From assembly GCA_963735805.1 (NCBI GenBank), contig CAVTMK010000003.1, positions 224,001 to 288,000 on the forward strand: DNA of 64,000 bases. Direction: 5' to 3'. Below, one piece after another: positions 36,948-47,089 of the stretch (its first letter is position 1; each line of letters opens with the position of its first letter). The notes under the pieces are model-generated. The model saw nothing but the letters and a program-made list of their open reading frames with translations. It did no database searches and was not told where the DNA came from. This DNA comes from an uncultured Verrucomicrobiae bacterium. GTDB taxonomy: Bacteria; Verrucomicrobiota; Verrucomicrobiia; Chthoniobacterales; UBA10450. Both the position numbers and the translations under genes were made by a program.

Positions 36948-38519
36948 ATGGAAACGCCGCTGACGCCTCTCGAATTCGCTCGCCGCGCGCGTAAACTCTA
37001 TCCGGACCGTGTCGCCGTAGTCGATGGCGAATCACGCTGGACCTACGCGCAGTTTTTCGATCGATGCGATCGTTGGTCGGCAGTTTTGCAGAAACTTGGA
37101 ATCGGCCCCGGTGACCGCGTGGCGTATCTCTCACCGAACACTCACGCGCAACTCGAATCGTTCTACGCGGTGCCGCAAACCGCCGCCGTGCTGGTACCGT
37201 TAAACTATCGCCTGACCGCGGACGACTTCGTTTACCTGATCAATCATAGCGGTTCGCGAATGCTTTGCGCAGACCGCGATTATCTTGCCACGATCGACAC
37301 CATTCGATCCCGCCTACCGGGCGTTAAACACTTCGTTGCTCTGAACGGACCAGGCGAGAACTGGCTCGACTATGAAGCAATGATCGAATCTAGCTCGTGT
37401 GAATTTACGCGCCCGGAAATTCACGAGACTGATCTGCTCACAATCAGCTACACCAGCGGCACCACCGCGCATCCGAAGGGCGTGATGATCACCCACCGCA
37501 ATGCCTGGATGAATTCCATCGGCACGCTTCTTCACGCACCCATGACCTGCGCTGATCGGTATCTATGGACGCTGCCGATGTTTCACGCCAACGGCTGGAC
37601 TTTCGTCTGGACCGTAACGGCCGCGGGAGCAACTCACATTTGTCTGCGCAAAGTTGAGCCGCGCGCTGTGTTCGAATTGATGGCGACCCAACAGGTCACC
37701 ACGCTCTGCGCAGCGCCGACGGTTCTGATTGCGCTGGCGAACGCGCCAGAATCTCTCCATCGCCTCGCGCCGAAAGGAATTCGTGTTGTCACGGCCGGTG
37801 CGCCGCCCGCTGCTGCCACTATCCAGCGACTCGAAGAAGAGCTGGGCTGGACCATTATCCACGTTTACGGACTGACCGAGACAGCGCCATTCATCACTGT
37901 GTGCGAGCAGCGGGCGGAACATATGCCCCTTCCCATCAGCGAACGGGCCGCGATCAAAGCGCGCCAGGGCGTTGAGTTGATCACATCAGGCGAATTGCGC
38001 GTAGTGGATTCGCACGACGACGACGTTCCGCACGATGGCGTTACTCAGGGTGAAATCATCGCGCGCGGCAACGTGGTTATGACCGGGTACTACAACGACC
38101 CGGAAGCGACCGAGCGTGCTTTGCACGGCGGATGGTTTCATACCGGCGACGCCGCAGTCGTGCATCCGGATAGTTACGTCGAAATTCGCGACCGCCTGAA
38201 AGACGTCATCATCAGCGGCGGTGAAAACATTTCTTCTGTTGAAGTTGAAGGCGTGCTTTTGCGACACCCGGCCGTACAGGAAGTAGCGATCGTCGGATTC
38301 GCGAATGAACAATGGGGCGAAGCGCCACACGCCTTTGTTGTTCTCCACGAAGGCTCGCACGCGGATGAGCGCGAGCTGCGCGAGTTTGCGCGCGCGAACC
38401 TCGCGCACTTCAAAGCGCCGCACAACGTGACATTCGTCAATGAACTGCCCAAAACTGCGACCGGCAAAATTCAGAAATATATTTTGAGAAAACAACGGCC
38501 TGCGATCGCTCCGCAGTGA
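36948..38519 (+). CDS. Acyl-CoA synthetase (AMP-binding, medium/long-chain)
   Basis: YTSGTTAHPKG, YGLTE, HTGD, SGGENI, PKTATGKIQK. Confidence 0.93.
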   Translation: METPLTPLEFARRARKLYPDRVAVVDGESRWTYAQFFDRCDRWSAVLQKLGIGPGDRVAYLSPNTHAQLESFYAVPQTAAVLVPLNYRLTADDFVYLINHSGSRMLCADRDYLATIDTIRSRLPGVKHFVALNGPGENWLDYEAMIESSSCEFTRPEIHETDLLTISYTSGTTAHPKGVMITHRNAWMNSIGTLLHAPMTCADRYLWTLPMFHANGWTFVWTVTAAGATHICLRKVEPRAVFELMATQQVTTLCAAPTVLIALANAPESLHRLAPKGIRVVTAGAPPAAATIQRLEEELGWTIIHVYGLTETAPFITVCEQRAEHMPLPISERAAIKARQGVELITSGELRVVDSHDDDVPHDGVTQGEIIARGNVVMTGYYNDPEATERALHGGWFHTGDAAVVHPDSYVEIRDRLKDVIISGGENISSVEVEGVLLRHPAVQEVAIVGFANEQWGEAPHAFVVLHEGSHADERELREFARANLAHFKAPHNVTFVNELPKTATGKIQKYILRKQRPAIAPQ

Positions 38520-38601
38520 GTGAAAGTGAGCAAGTAGCTCGTAACGGCCGATAGGAACTTGAAAATTTTAGACCACAGTAACTCGAGGGGAGGCGTGTCC
38601 G

Positions 38602-39982
38602 ATGGCAACTAAATATGATGCGATCGTTATTGGGACTGGCCAGGCAGGACCATCGCTTGCGGTTCGATTGGCAGGCACGGGAATGAACGTGGCGATTATC
38701 GAGCGCAAACGATTCGGCGGCACCTGTGTCAACAACGGCTGCATCCCAACGAAAACGCTGGTGGCTAGTGCGCGCGCAGCTCATGTCGCGCGCCGGGCCG
38801 GCGATTATGGCGTGACGATTCACGACCCGATCGCCGTTGACATGAAAAAAGTCAAAACGCGTAAGGACGCAGTGGTGCGTCAGAGCAGCGAGGGGCTGGA
38901 GAAGTGGCTCAAAGAACACTCAGAACCTGACTGTCATTGAAGGCCACGCTCGCTTTGCCGACCCGCATCGGGTCCGTGTCGGCGACGAACTTCTCGAGGC
39001 GGACAAATTCTTTATCAACGTTGGCGGACGCGCGTCTATTCCTCCGTTCCGTGGCATCGATGAGGTGCGCTATTTGGACAATTCAACGATGATGGACGTG
39101 GACTTTCTACCCGAGCACCTGGTCGTCATCGGCGGCAGCTACGTTGGGTTGGAGTTTGCTCAGATTTATCGCCGCTTCGGCAGTGAGGTCACCGTTGTGG
39201 AGAGAGGGCCGCGACTGATTCACCGTGAAGACGAAGACGTTTCCGAAAACATCAAAACAATTCTCGAAGGCGAAGATATCAAGATCCGTTTGGGCGCTGA
39301 ATGCATCGGCTTTGAAAAGCGCGGCGACAAAGTCGCTGTGCAGGTTGATTGCAGCAGCGGCGATAAGACTGTCATCGGCTCGCATGCCCTTCTCGCGGTC
39401 GGTCGTGTGCCGAACACCAACGACCTCGGCGTGGAACAGGCCGGCCTTAAAGTCGATCAGCGCGGTTACATCCAGGTCGACGATCAACTTCGCACCAATG
39501 TGCCCGGCATTTATGCGCTGGGTGATTGCAATGGACGCGGAGCCTTCACTCATACCGCATACAACGATTATGAAATTGTCGCGGCTAATCTTTTAGACGG
39601 CGACCATCGCCGCGTGAGCGACCGGATCACGGCGTACGCTCTTTACATCGATCCGCCGTTGGGCAGAGCAGGAATGACTGAGACAGAAGTACGAAAGTCA
39701 GGACGGAAAGTTTTGATTGGAAAACGTCCGATGACGCAAGTCGGCCGCGCACGGGAGAAAGGCGAGACGGATGGATTTATGAAAATTTTGGTGGATGCGG
39801 AAACCAAAAAGATTCTTGGAGCGTCGCTGCTGGGGATCGAGTGCGACGAGGTAATTCATTCGATCCTCGACGTGATGTACGCCAACGCGCCATACACAGT
39901 GATTCAGCGCGCCATGCACATTCATCCGACTGTCTCAGAATTGATCCCGACCATGCTCGGCGAGTTGAAGCCGTTGACGTGA
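38602..39982 (+). CDS. Pyridine nucleotide-disulfide oxidoreductase (RclA/MerA-core-like); +1 frameshift near 38911-38913
   Basis: GTGQAG and GGTCVNNGCIP in 38602..38940; removing one A restores LKNTQNLTVIEGHARF joining to GGSYVGLE, GRVPN, GDCNG, HPTVSE. Confidence 0.85.
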
Positions 39983-40042
39983 CCGAGTTCGTCGCGATCA
40001 GGCGAAGATCATGAGTGGTGAGGGCTGCCTGTCCGCTCGCAG

Positions 40043-41266
40043 TTACGATTCTGGCGTCAGCTGCTTGAGAATTTTTTCTACGTCGCGACGAATCTCTCCG
40101 CGACGTTGCTCCGTATCTGCCCACGACGACGCGGGTGACCTATGGGAGTCAAGAAGAGCGAGAGCCTCTTCGGCTTGCTGTCGCGCCGGCTCCTTCTGCC
40201 CGTCTGCCAAATACCCTTCGGCAAGGTTAGAGTGCGCGTCGGCAGAATCCGGATAAGCCAAAACGTTGAGCTTGAACGTCTCGATGGCGTTCTTGATGTC
40301 TCCCACACGCTGATAGTCTTCGCCTATAATGTCCACCGCAGCTTCCGGCCATAACTGGGCTTGGGGATCTTTGCGCCGAGCCTCTAACAGTTGCTGCGTG
40401 ATTTGCGCGGTTGCGCCAGGCGTTTGAAGCTGATTCAGGATCGGCGCTGCTGCCAAACCATCCGCGGGCGCGTGACCCGGTGTTTTGATCAACGTAGTCA
40501 CGAACCAGTGCACAATGATATCGGGCAACTCCGGATGAACTTTAAACATGTCCGTTCCGTGACCACCCTTGGCGGGAACTTTGCTCGCATCGCTCGTTTC
40601 GTACCATAGCCACGGCGCATCCTCGGCGGCAGAATAGTGGACCAATTTCTTGCTCGGGCTGCCGGCCGTGACGTAGAGCAGCTTCATCGCATCCTGAGTC
40701 GGCGGATATTCATCATCATCGGAGAAGACGAACAGCTCCGGCAGTTGCCGCGCCTGATGCAGGAACTCGTAGCCGACTCGCGCCAGGGTGCCGCCGAGTG
40801 TCTCTCCCGAGAGCAATGCCAGCGATTTCACCTGTGCAGAGTGATGACGTGCAACTTCGACGGAATACCCGACGCCGAGCCAGCCTGCTCCTCCCGCGCC
40901 GATGAGATCACGGTTCACGCCGGGTTGTGAAACTAGATATTGAAAAGCCATATCAATGTCGTCCGTCATCTTGTCGCCAGCTTTGCCGCCGCTTTCTCCG
41001 TGTCCGCGCGTGTCGAGTGTAAGCGTATTAATCCCCGCCGACGCGAGCTGGCTGGCCACACTGTCCCACGACTTGCGATCGCGGTTGGCCTGATGCAGCA
41101 GCAATACACCCGGCCCTGGCTTGGCTGCAGCAAAGTAGCTGGCCTTCAGCTGCGTGCCGTCGGAAGTCTTCAGATCGACATTACGGCCGCCGCTCGCGGA
41201 GTCGGCGAAAGCGATAGCAGTGATGCTGAAGGAAACTAGCAGGACGAGGACGAATAATAATTTCAT
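40043..41266 (-). CDS. Secreted alpha/beta-fold protein with C-terminal TPR; non-canonical nucleophile elbow
   Basis: Signal peptide MKLLFVLV..AFA, VLLLH, LDTRGHGES, GAGGAGWLG, GHGTDMF, TPR AIETFKLNVLAYPDSADAH. Confidence 0.8.
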   Translation of the reverse strand: MKLLFVLVLLVSFSITAIAFADSASGGRNVDLKTSDGTQLKASYFAAAKPGPGVLLLHQANRDRKSWDSVASQLASAGINTLTLDTRGHGESGGKAGDKMTDDIDMAFQYLVSQPGVNRDLIGAGGAGWLGVGYSVEVARHHSAQVKSLALLSGETLGGTLARVGYEFLHQARQLPELFVFSDDDEYPPTQDAMKLLYVTAGSPSKKLVHYSAAEDAPWLWYETSDASKVPAKGGHGTDMFKVHPELPDIIVHWFVTTLIKTPGHAPADGLAAAPILNQLQTPGATAQITQQLLEARRKDPQAQLWPEAAVDIIGEDYQRVGDIKNAIETFKLNVLAYPDSADAHSNLAEGYLADGQKEPARQQAEEALALLDSHRSPASSWADTEQRRGEIRRDVEKILKQLTPES

Positions 41267-41288
41267 CGGAGTAACATCGGTTTCACTT

Positions 41289-42242
41289 TCAAGGCAAAGT
41301 CTTGGCCACACGAAAACCCATAACGACGTCGCGAAAGTCGGCTGGGTTTCTTTCGCGAGTCGCTGAGCGGAGGAGCCAGCTTGGATACAACCAGCTACCG
41401 CCGCGATCGACACGCATACAGCCGTTTGGGCGTTCCGCTGCTCTTCCGTCCGTCGGCGCCTTCGCATAGGTATCGGCATAACAATCTTCTGTCCATTGCC
41501 AGACATTGCCCACGATATCGTAAAGGCCAAACGGGTTCGCGGGTTTCAATCCCACCGGATGAGTGTGGCCGTCGGAATTGTCTTTGTACCAGGCATGGCC
41601 AGCTGCACCGCTGTCATCCTCGCCCCACCAGAATGGCGTTGTCGTGTCACCGCGTGCGGCGTACTCCCATTCTGCTTCACTGGGTAAGTGATAAGAGCCA
41701 TCACTCGGATTTAAGCCGCGTCCACGCAGTTTGCCGTTCAACCACGAGACATACGCGCGTGCATCTTGCCAACTGACGCACACCACCGGGTCTCGCTCAG
41801 TTTGATTGAAACCGGGACTCTGCCAACGCGCGTCCGCCCACTTATTGGCTTTCGGCATGCTTGATTCAAAACATCCGTCACCTGCGGAATACCCGGTCTC
41901 CCTAACGAACGCCGCGTATTCACCCCGAGTCACATCGTATTCGCCAATGGCGAAGCATCGCAACGTCACCCGGTGTTGCGGCGCTTCATCTGAAACTGAT
42001 TCTGGTGACGCACCATGCTTCGTAGCCCAAACTTTCTCCGATTCTGGCGAACCCATGTTGAACGAACCCGCAGAAACAACGACCATCTCCGGACAATCGG
42101 GGCAGTCGCGGAACACCGTCCCTGGCTTTGCGGCGTCAACATCTTTGACTTGCCGTTCATCAGCATGCGCAGCCGTGACGGCGAAGATGCAGGCAGGCAG
42201 CAACAAGGCCGCGAGCGATGTTCGATCTCGATGCGGATTCAT
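41289..42242 (-). CDS. Secreted FGE-sulfatase/SUMF1-domain protein
   Basis: FRDCPDCPEMV, F.MGS, PQH, PVVCVSW, LPSEAEWEYAAR, GLYDIVGNVWQW, RGGSW, GFRVA. Confidence 0.9.
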   Translation of the reverse strand: MNPHRDRTSLAALLLPACIFAVTAAHADERQVKDVDAAKPGTVFRDCPDCPEMVVVSAGSFNMGSPESEKVWATKHGASPESVSDEAPQHRVTLRCFAIGEYDVTRGEYAAFVRETGYSAGDGCFESSMPKANKWADARWQSPGFNQTERDPVVCVSWQDARAYVSWLNGKLRGRGLNPSDGSYHLPSEAEWEYAARGDTTTPFWWGEDDSGAAGHAWYKDNSDGHTHPVGLKPANPFGLYDIVGNVWQWTEDCYADTYAKAPTDGRAAERPNGCMRVDRGGSWLYPSWLLRSATRERNPADFRDVVMGFRVAKTLP

Positions 42243-42405
42243 TTGTCAGTTGTTGATGAGATGCACCAGAATCAAGATTGTTCCCGAGCAAGCGAAATTT
42301 TTTTGAAACCTGATCACGCCCACAATCCCGAGACCGCTTGCTGTTTTTCCCTATCGACGGGAACAAACGGCGCCGTGAGAACTCACATATTGTTATAAGG
42401 GCGAC

Positions 42406-42915
42406 ATGTCCGCCGATCTGAAGTTTGAAAACCTGGTGAAACTTTATTATCGAGATCTTTATCGATTTGGCTTCAGCCTTACCGGAAGCGAGGTCGATGC
42501 GTCTGATCTAACGCAGGAGACTTTTTACATTTGGGCCAGAAAAGGTCACCAGCTCAACGACCCTGCAAACGTTAAAGGATGGCTCTTCACCACGTTGCAC
42601 CGCGAATTTCTTAAAATCTGCCGGCGGCGGAAGCGGTTTGCGGATAAACCGATTGAGGAGACCGCGCACAACTTGCCTGATGTTCCGGCCGAATGCGTGA
42701 ACCGCATCGACTCCCAAACATTGCTTCTCATGCTCCAGGAGATCGCCGAAGATTTTCGTGCGCCCCTTGTCCTCTATTATATGGAAGATTTGTCCTATAA
42801 AGAGATCGCCGATGTCCTGGCGCTTCCGCTCGGCACGGTACAGTCGCGTATCGCGCGCGCGAAAATTCAGCTTTTGCGCAGGTTAAGTGAAACGAATTTA
42901 CCGCACACGAAATGA
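42406..42915 (+). CDS. ECF sigma factor
   Basis: DASDLTQETF, GWLFTTLHR, LSYKEIADVLALPLGTVQSRIARA. Confidence 0.9.
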   Translation: MSADLKFENLVKLYYRDLYRFGFSLTGSEVDASDLTQETFYIWARKGHQLNDPANVKGWLFTTLHREFLKICRRRKRFADKPIEETAHNLPDVPAECVNRIDSQTLLLMLQEIAEDFRAPLVLYYMEDLSYKEIADVLALPLGTVQSRIARAKIQLLRRLSETNLPHTK

Positions 42916-43538
42916 ATACAGAGGACGCCAAAGAAATCCTGCTTCTCTACCGCGGACCGATCGACGACTCCGATCCGCAATTTCAAGCGGCTTTGGACTA
43001 CGCCAAAAGCGATCCGGAGCTTGGCCGATGGTTGCGAGAGCAAACTGAATGTTACGATACGATCCGGGCGAAGCTTCGCGCAATCGAACCGGCGCCTGGG
43101 TTGTCTGAGAAGATTGTGCGCAGACGGCCGATCCCGTTTCCGCGCGATTGGTCGCGCATTGGTCAGATCGCGGCAGCGATCCTCATCTCGGCCGGTGTCA
43201 CCGGACTGTTGATGAAATGGTCGGAGCGCCGCCACTCTTCTGTCGCTGGCGCGCAGGAAATTGTGGTGACTGGTGAAGTGCTCGATATGACTTGCTACAT
43301 CGCCTACAACTTGAGCGGTCCCGATCACGCCAAGTGCGCCAGAGACTGCATCAGAAGCGGGTTGCCCGCCGGAATCAAAGCTCGAGATGGAAAGGTGTAT
43401 TTGCTGACTGGCAAAGCCGGCCATTCCATTAACGCCGAGGTGGCGGACTACGCTGCCAAGACTGTAACAATCAAAGGAAGGCAAAGTGTGCGAGACGGCT
43501 TCGCGCAACTTCAAGTCGAAGAAATTCGGACATTGTGA
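42912..43538 (+). CDS. Putative anti-sigma factor with extracytoplasmic Cys/His-rich domain
   Basis: ATGA overlap with the sigma; helical N-terminus, single TM, then TGEVLDMTCY..HAKCARDCIRSGLP..GKVYLL. Confidence 0.75.
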   Translation: MNTEDAKEILLLYRGPIDDSDPQFQAALDYAKSDPELGRWLREQTECYDTIRAKLRAIEPAPGLSEKIVRRRPIPFPRDWSRIGQIAAAILISAGVTGLLMKWSERRHSSVAGAQEIVVTGEVLDMTCYIAYNLSGPDHAKCARDCIRSGLPAGIKARDGKVYLLTGKAGHSINAEVADYAAKTVTIKGRQSVRDGFAQLQVEEIRTL

Positions 43539-43636
43539 TCGCAAGCGGCCGCTCGTCACGATGGATCAGAGCTTCGATGCGACCCCGCTTTGCCACCTGT
43601 CACTACAATGAACCGGAGCGAATGAGTGAAACGTTT

Positions 43637-44152
43637 TTACTGCTGCTGCGGTTGCCGGAGCGAATCCTTGACCGAGTCCGGTAATTTGTTGGCGTTTCGC
43701 AGCAAAAGACTCACCTGCCAAATCTCCGAATCGCTCAGTTTCTTGTCGAACCTCGGCATGGCGCTGAAACGCACGCCGTTTTTCACCACCCAGTGAGTGG
43801 CGCCTACCGGATCGTCGGTTACACCGGTTCCTGGCGGAAGCAGGTGCGGCGGGAGCGGATAAAACCCCTTCGCACCACTGGATGCCTGGTCCAGTTTTCC
43901 GTGACACCCTGCGCAAGCCTGCATATATATCTTGGCGCCCGCCAGAAGATTGGTCTCGTCTGCTGGTAACGGCGATGGATCATTCGCACTCTTACCAATC
44001 GACGCGGTAATAGCCGAGCCCGCAATGGTCTCCTCCAACGGTAACGGTTTGGTATCCGTCCCCATGAAAACTCCGCCGCGCGCCACAAAAAGATAGCCGG
44101 CCAGCACAACGAGCCCAATGCCAACGACAACCCCGAGGAAGAACTTAATCAT
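43637..44152 (-). CDS. Membrane-anchored monoheme cytochrome c
   Basis: N-terminal TM, CAGCH heme motif, axial Met in SAMPRF. Confidence 0.88.
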   Translation of the reverse strand: MIKFFLGVVVGIGLVVLAGYLFVARGGVFMGTDTKPLPLEETIAGSAITASIGKSANDPSPLPADETNLLAGAKIYMQACAGCHGKLDQASSGAKGFYPLPPHLLPPGTGVTDDPVGATHWVVKNGVRFSAMPRFDKKLSDSEIWQVSLLLRNANKLPDSVKDSLRQPQQQ

Positions 44153-44250
44153 GCTTTATTGACGCAGAGGTAACCAAAAAAATAAAGGACTTTCCCGCTT
44201 CTCTACTTCTCAACACCCGACCCTGTAACCGCGTTTTCGCCGGAATCTGG

Positions 44251-45691
44251 TCACTCCGGGGAGACAATGTATTGCTCAAGTTTTCCGTCCGGCATGGCGT
44301 AGGTACTAACTTCCAGGGTTTTCTTTTGAAATTTTGCCCGGTAGCGATGCGCCGTCATTCCACCGCGCAATCCTTCGCTGACCAATTCGAAGTCAGTGGG
44401 AGCGCCAAGAGATGCGAGGCTACTCGCGAGGTCATGCAAACATTGTTTCTCAAAATAAGCGTTGGCGTTCTCGGTAAAAAGTGAACGATCGATCTTACCT
44501 TTTTGAAGATCAACCAGGATCGCTTTGGCCTTTGCCAGCGAGTCACGATTGCCAGTCGGGGCGAAGATTATTTCACCGATCTTATTCGCCAGATTCACGG
44601 CTGCTCGATTGGCATCCATGTTAGTCAACACGATGACCGCTGCACGATCGTCGGGATAAATTGCGTTCTGCGCCGTGAACCCGGAAACTTCCCCGCCGTG
44701 CGCCAGTACCCGGCGACCGTTAACCAAACTTACACCGACGCCCAGGCCATATTGAGTACCTGGCGCCATTCTTCAGCAGCTCCGCTGTTTCCATCTCGCG
44801 GTAGGACTCCGGTTTCAGGATTGCCCGGTCGATCATCGAGATATCCCATTCGGCTAAATCGGATGCCGTCATCGCCAGCTCGCCTGCGGCAAATAGCCAA
44901 CCTTTTCCTTCCTTCGGAGCCGGACGCGCCGGGCCGAGCCCGTAGCGATGGTAGCGAGTCGGTGCTTCGGATGGGAGAGCCGAGCTATCACAATCAAACA
45001 CACTCTTCATTCCGAGCCGATCGAAGACGCGGCGGCGCAGAAAGTCGACCACAGACATCCCGGTGAGTCGCTCCAGTATCACGCCGGCGGCGACGTAGTT
45101 CGTGTTACTGTATTGCCACTTCGTTCCCGGCTCGAAATCGAGCGGCTTTTGCAACCAGCCTTTCAAGATTTCCTCCGGCAAAGCAGGTTTCATCATCGAA
45201 GGCATGACATAATCTTGTGGCCAGTAATCCTGGTAACCGGAAGTCATCGAGAGCACCTGGCGGATCGTAACTTTGTCCGTCCGCTCAAGCTCGGGTAACC
45301 AGCGCCCGACAGGATCGTCAAGCGAGAGTTTGCCTTGCTCGGCCAGCAGAAGCATGGATGCGGCGGTGAATTGTTTGCTGATCGATCCAACGCTGTAAAT
45401 CATCGAGGTCGTCGCGGGCCGATGCGATGCGATGTCGGCTAAACCGTAAGCTTTGGTGTAAGCCAGCTTTCCGTCCTTCACCACCGCGATCGAGGCACTC
45501 GGGACACCGCTTTCGCTCAGCATTTTCGTGGCTGCTTCGTCGATTTTCTTACTGACCTCGAGCGGAAGAGAATTTGTTTCGTCTGTCGCGGACGACGCTG
45601 GCGATGGTGTTGGTTCGCCAAAGGCGGCGTGGCCGGAAAGAAGGAAAACAGACAGAACGACAGTTACGCGGGCGATTGAAACGTTTTTCAT
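44251..45691 (-). CDS. Secreted beta-lactamase-like serine hydrolase; +1 frameshift near 44762
   Basis: SISK (SxxK) and YSN in 44720..45691; HGG in 44251..44769; removing one base gives LLKNGAGTQYGLG. Confidence 0.85.
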
Positions 45692-45733
45692 AGGGTTTGA
45701 ATCTCCTGGAGCGTAGCGGTCGGAGCGGCAAAT

Positions 45734-45751
45734 TGGTAACTTAAGTTACCA
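45734..45751. promoter_or_regulatory. Perfect 18-bp palindrome, probable repressor operator
   Basis: TGGTAACTTAAGTTACCA in the divergent intergenic region. Confidence 0.7.
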
Positions 45752-45815
45752 TGACCTCAAGGCTGCGTTCCCTATTGTGAATGACGTCAATCAAAAAACA
45801 GAAAAAGAAAAACAT

Positions 45816-46589
45816 ATGGATAAAAAAATGAAAATCGTGGTTATCGGAGGCACCGGCCTCATCGGAACAAAAGTGGTAAACAATCTTCGGCACCGTGGCC
45901 ATGAGGTCATTGCTGCCTCACCCAAAACCGGCGTTAACACCTTTACTGGTGAGGGACTGGCTGAAGCGCTAAGAGGCGCTCAGGTCGTCGTTGACGTCGC
46001 GAACGCGCCAAAGTGGGAGGACAAGGCGGTAATGGAATTTTTCCAGAAGGAGGGCCGTAACTTACTTGATGCGGAAACGACCGCCGGTGTACGCCACCAC
46101 GTAGCGCTGTCAATCGTGGGCGCTGATCAGCTTCCAGCGAGCGGGTATCTGCGCGCGAAAGTGGCTCAGGAAAACCTGATCAAGGCATCAGGAATTCCAT
46201 TCACCATCGTTCGCTCGACGCAGTTCTTCGAGTTCGTGAAGGGCATTATCCAATCGGCCACCCAAGGACAAACAGTCCGGTTATCATCAGCTCTCATGCA
46301 GCCTATCGCGGCGGACGACGTCGCCACCGCTCTGACTGGCTTCGCACTCGCCGAGCCAATAAACGGTACCGTCGAAATTGCCGGTCCCGAAATAATTCGA
46401 ATGGATGAATTGGCCCAGCGTTTCTTGAGCGCAACGCGAGATGCGAGGAAGGTGATCACGGACGCCCACGCCTTGTACTTCGGCACAGAGCTGAACGATC
46501 GAAGCCTTATCCCCGGTGATAACGCGCGCCTGGCCCCGATGCGTTTCGAGGAGTGGCTCAACCGCTCCACTGCGCAAAAGGCAGCGTGA
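45816..46589 (+). CDS. Atypical SDR / NmrA-like NAD(P)H-binding oxidoreductase
   Basis: MKIVVIGGTGLIG, HHVALSIVG, YLRAK, RSTQFFEF. Confidence 0.88.
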   Translation: MDKKMKIVVIGGTGLIGTKVVNNLRHRGHEVIAASPKTGVNTFTGEGLAEALRGAQVVVDVANAPKWEDKAVMEFFQKEGRNLLDAETTAGVRHHVALSIVGADQLPASGYLRAKVAQENLIKASGIPFTIVRSTQFFEFVKGIIQSATQGQTVRLSSALMQPIAADDVATALTGFALAEPINGTVEIAGPEIIRMDELAQRFLSATRDARKVITDAHALYFGTELNDRSLIPGDNARLAPMRFEEWLNRSTAQKAA

Positions 46590-46609
46590 ACTCAGGAGAC
46601 TAGGACACG

Positions 46610-46643
46610 GCGGCAGATCGCATGATACTTAGCGGTCTGCCGC
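46610..46643 (+). terminator. Hairpin downstream of the NmrA-like gene
   Basis: GCGGCAGATCGC-N10-GCGGTCTGCCGC, 12-bp stem with one U-G pair. Confidence 0.45.
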
Positions 46644-46778
46644 ACATCCAGGCACTTCGGACGAGCTCTTTCCAGAAAGCATCCAACGGTTGTTAATGTA
46701 AATCTCAGCTACGGCCGTCGCTAAGGTCGTCGGAGCGACTATCCGCCAGTCCGGCTCGGACCCATCCGATGCTTGACG

Positions 46779-46930
46779 CGCCGTAGCTTCGGCGAAGGCG
46801 GATCGCTAATCCCATTCGCTCCATTGTATCTAGGCTGCGCCCGCAGCGTTCGACCGCTACCTCGCGGCTTTACCGGCCATGTCGCTCATCCCATTCGCTC
46901 CATTCTTCTTAATTCTTACTTCTTACTTCT
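46779..46930. repeat. Composite intergenic repeat: GCCGTAG/CGAAGGC hairpin, 23-bp direct repeats, heptamer tract
   Basis: CGCCGTAGCTTCGGCGAAGGCG; TCGCT[A/C]ATCCCATTCGCTCCATT at 46803 and 46882; (TTCTTA[A/C])3 at 46906. Confidence 0.7.
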
Positions 46931-47089
46931 GGCTGATCCCGACCGTGCTCGGTGAGTTTAAGAACGGTGGCGGCGACGTTACCATCAGGAATTGCGGTCT
47001 AAGCAGACGATGCTTTTTTCGTGCGACCATTCGCCTTTGTCCGGCATTTGCGCGAAGTTTCGCGGGTAACTCAGCTTCTTCATTGACGT

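Noticed and set aside
38900..38945. Programmed ribosomal frameshift at the split genes
   Set aside because: No canonical slippery heptamer or stimulatory structure, these families are not known to use recoding, and the same +1 pattern recurs in unrelated genes.
38602..39982. Mercuric reductase merA
   Set aside because: No N-terminal metal-binding domain, no C-terminal Cys-Cys pair and no mer operon.
41267..41530. N-terminal extension of ORF 40043..41530
   Set aside because: Overlaps the FGE gene in another frame; the signal peptide starts at ATG 41266.
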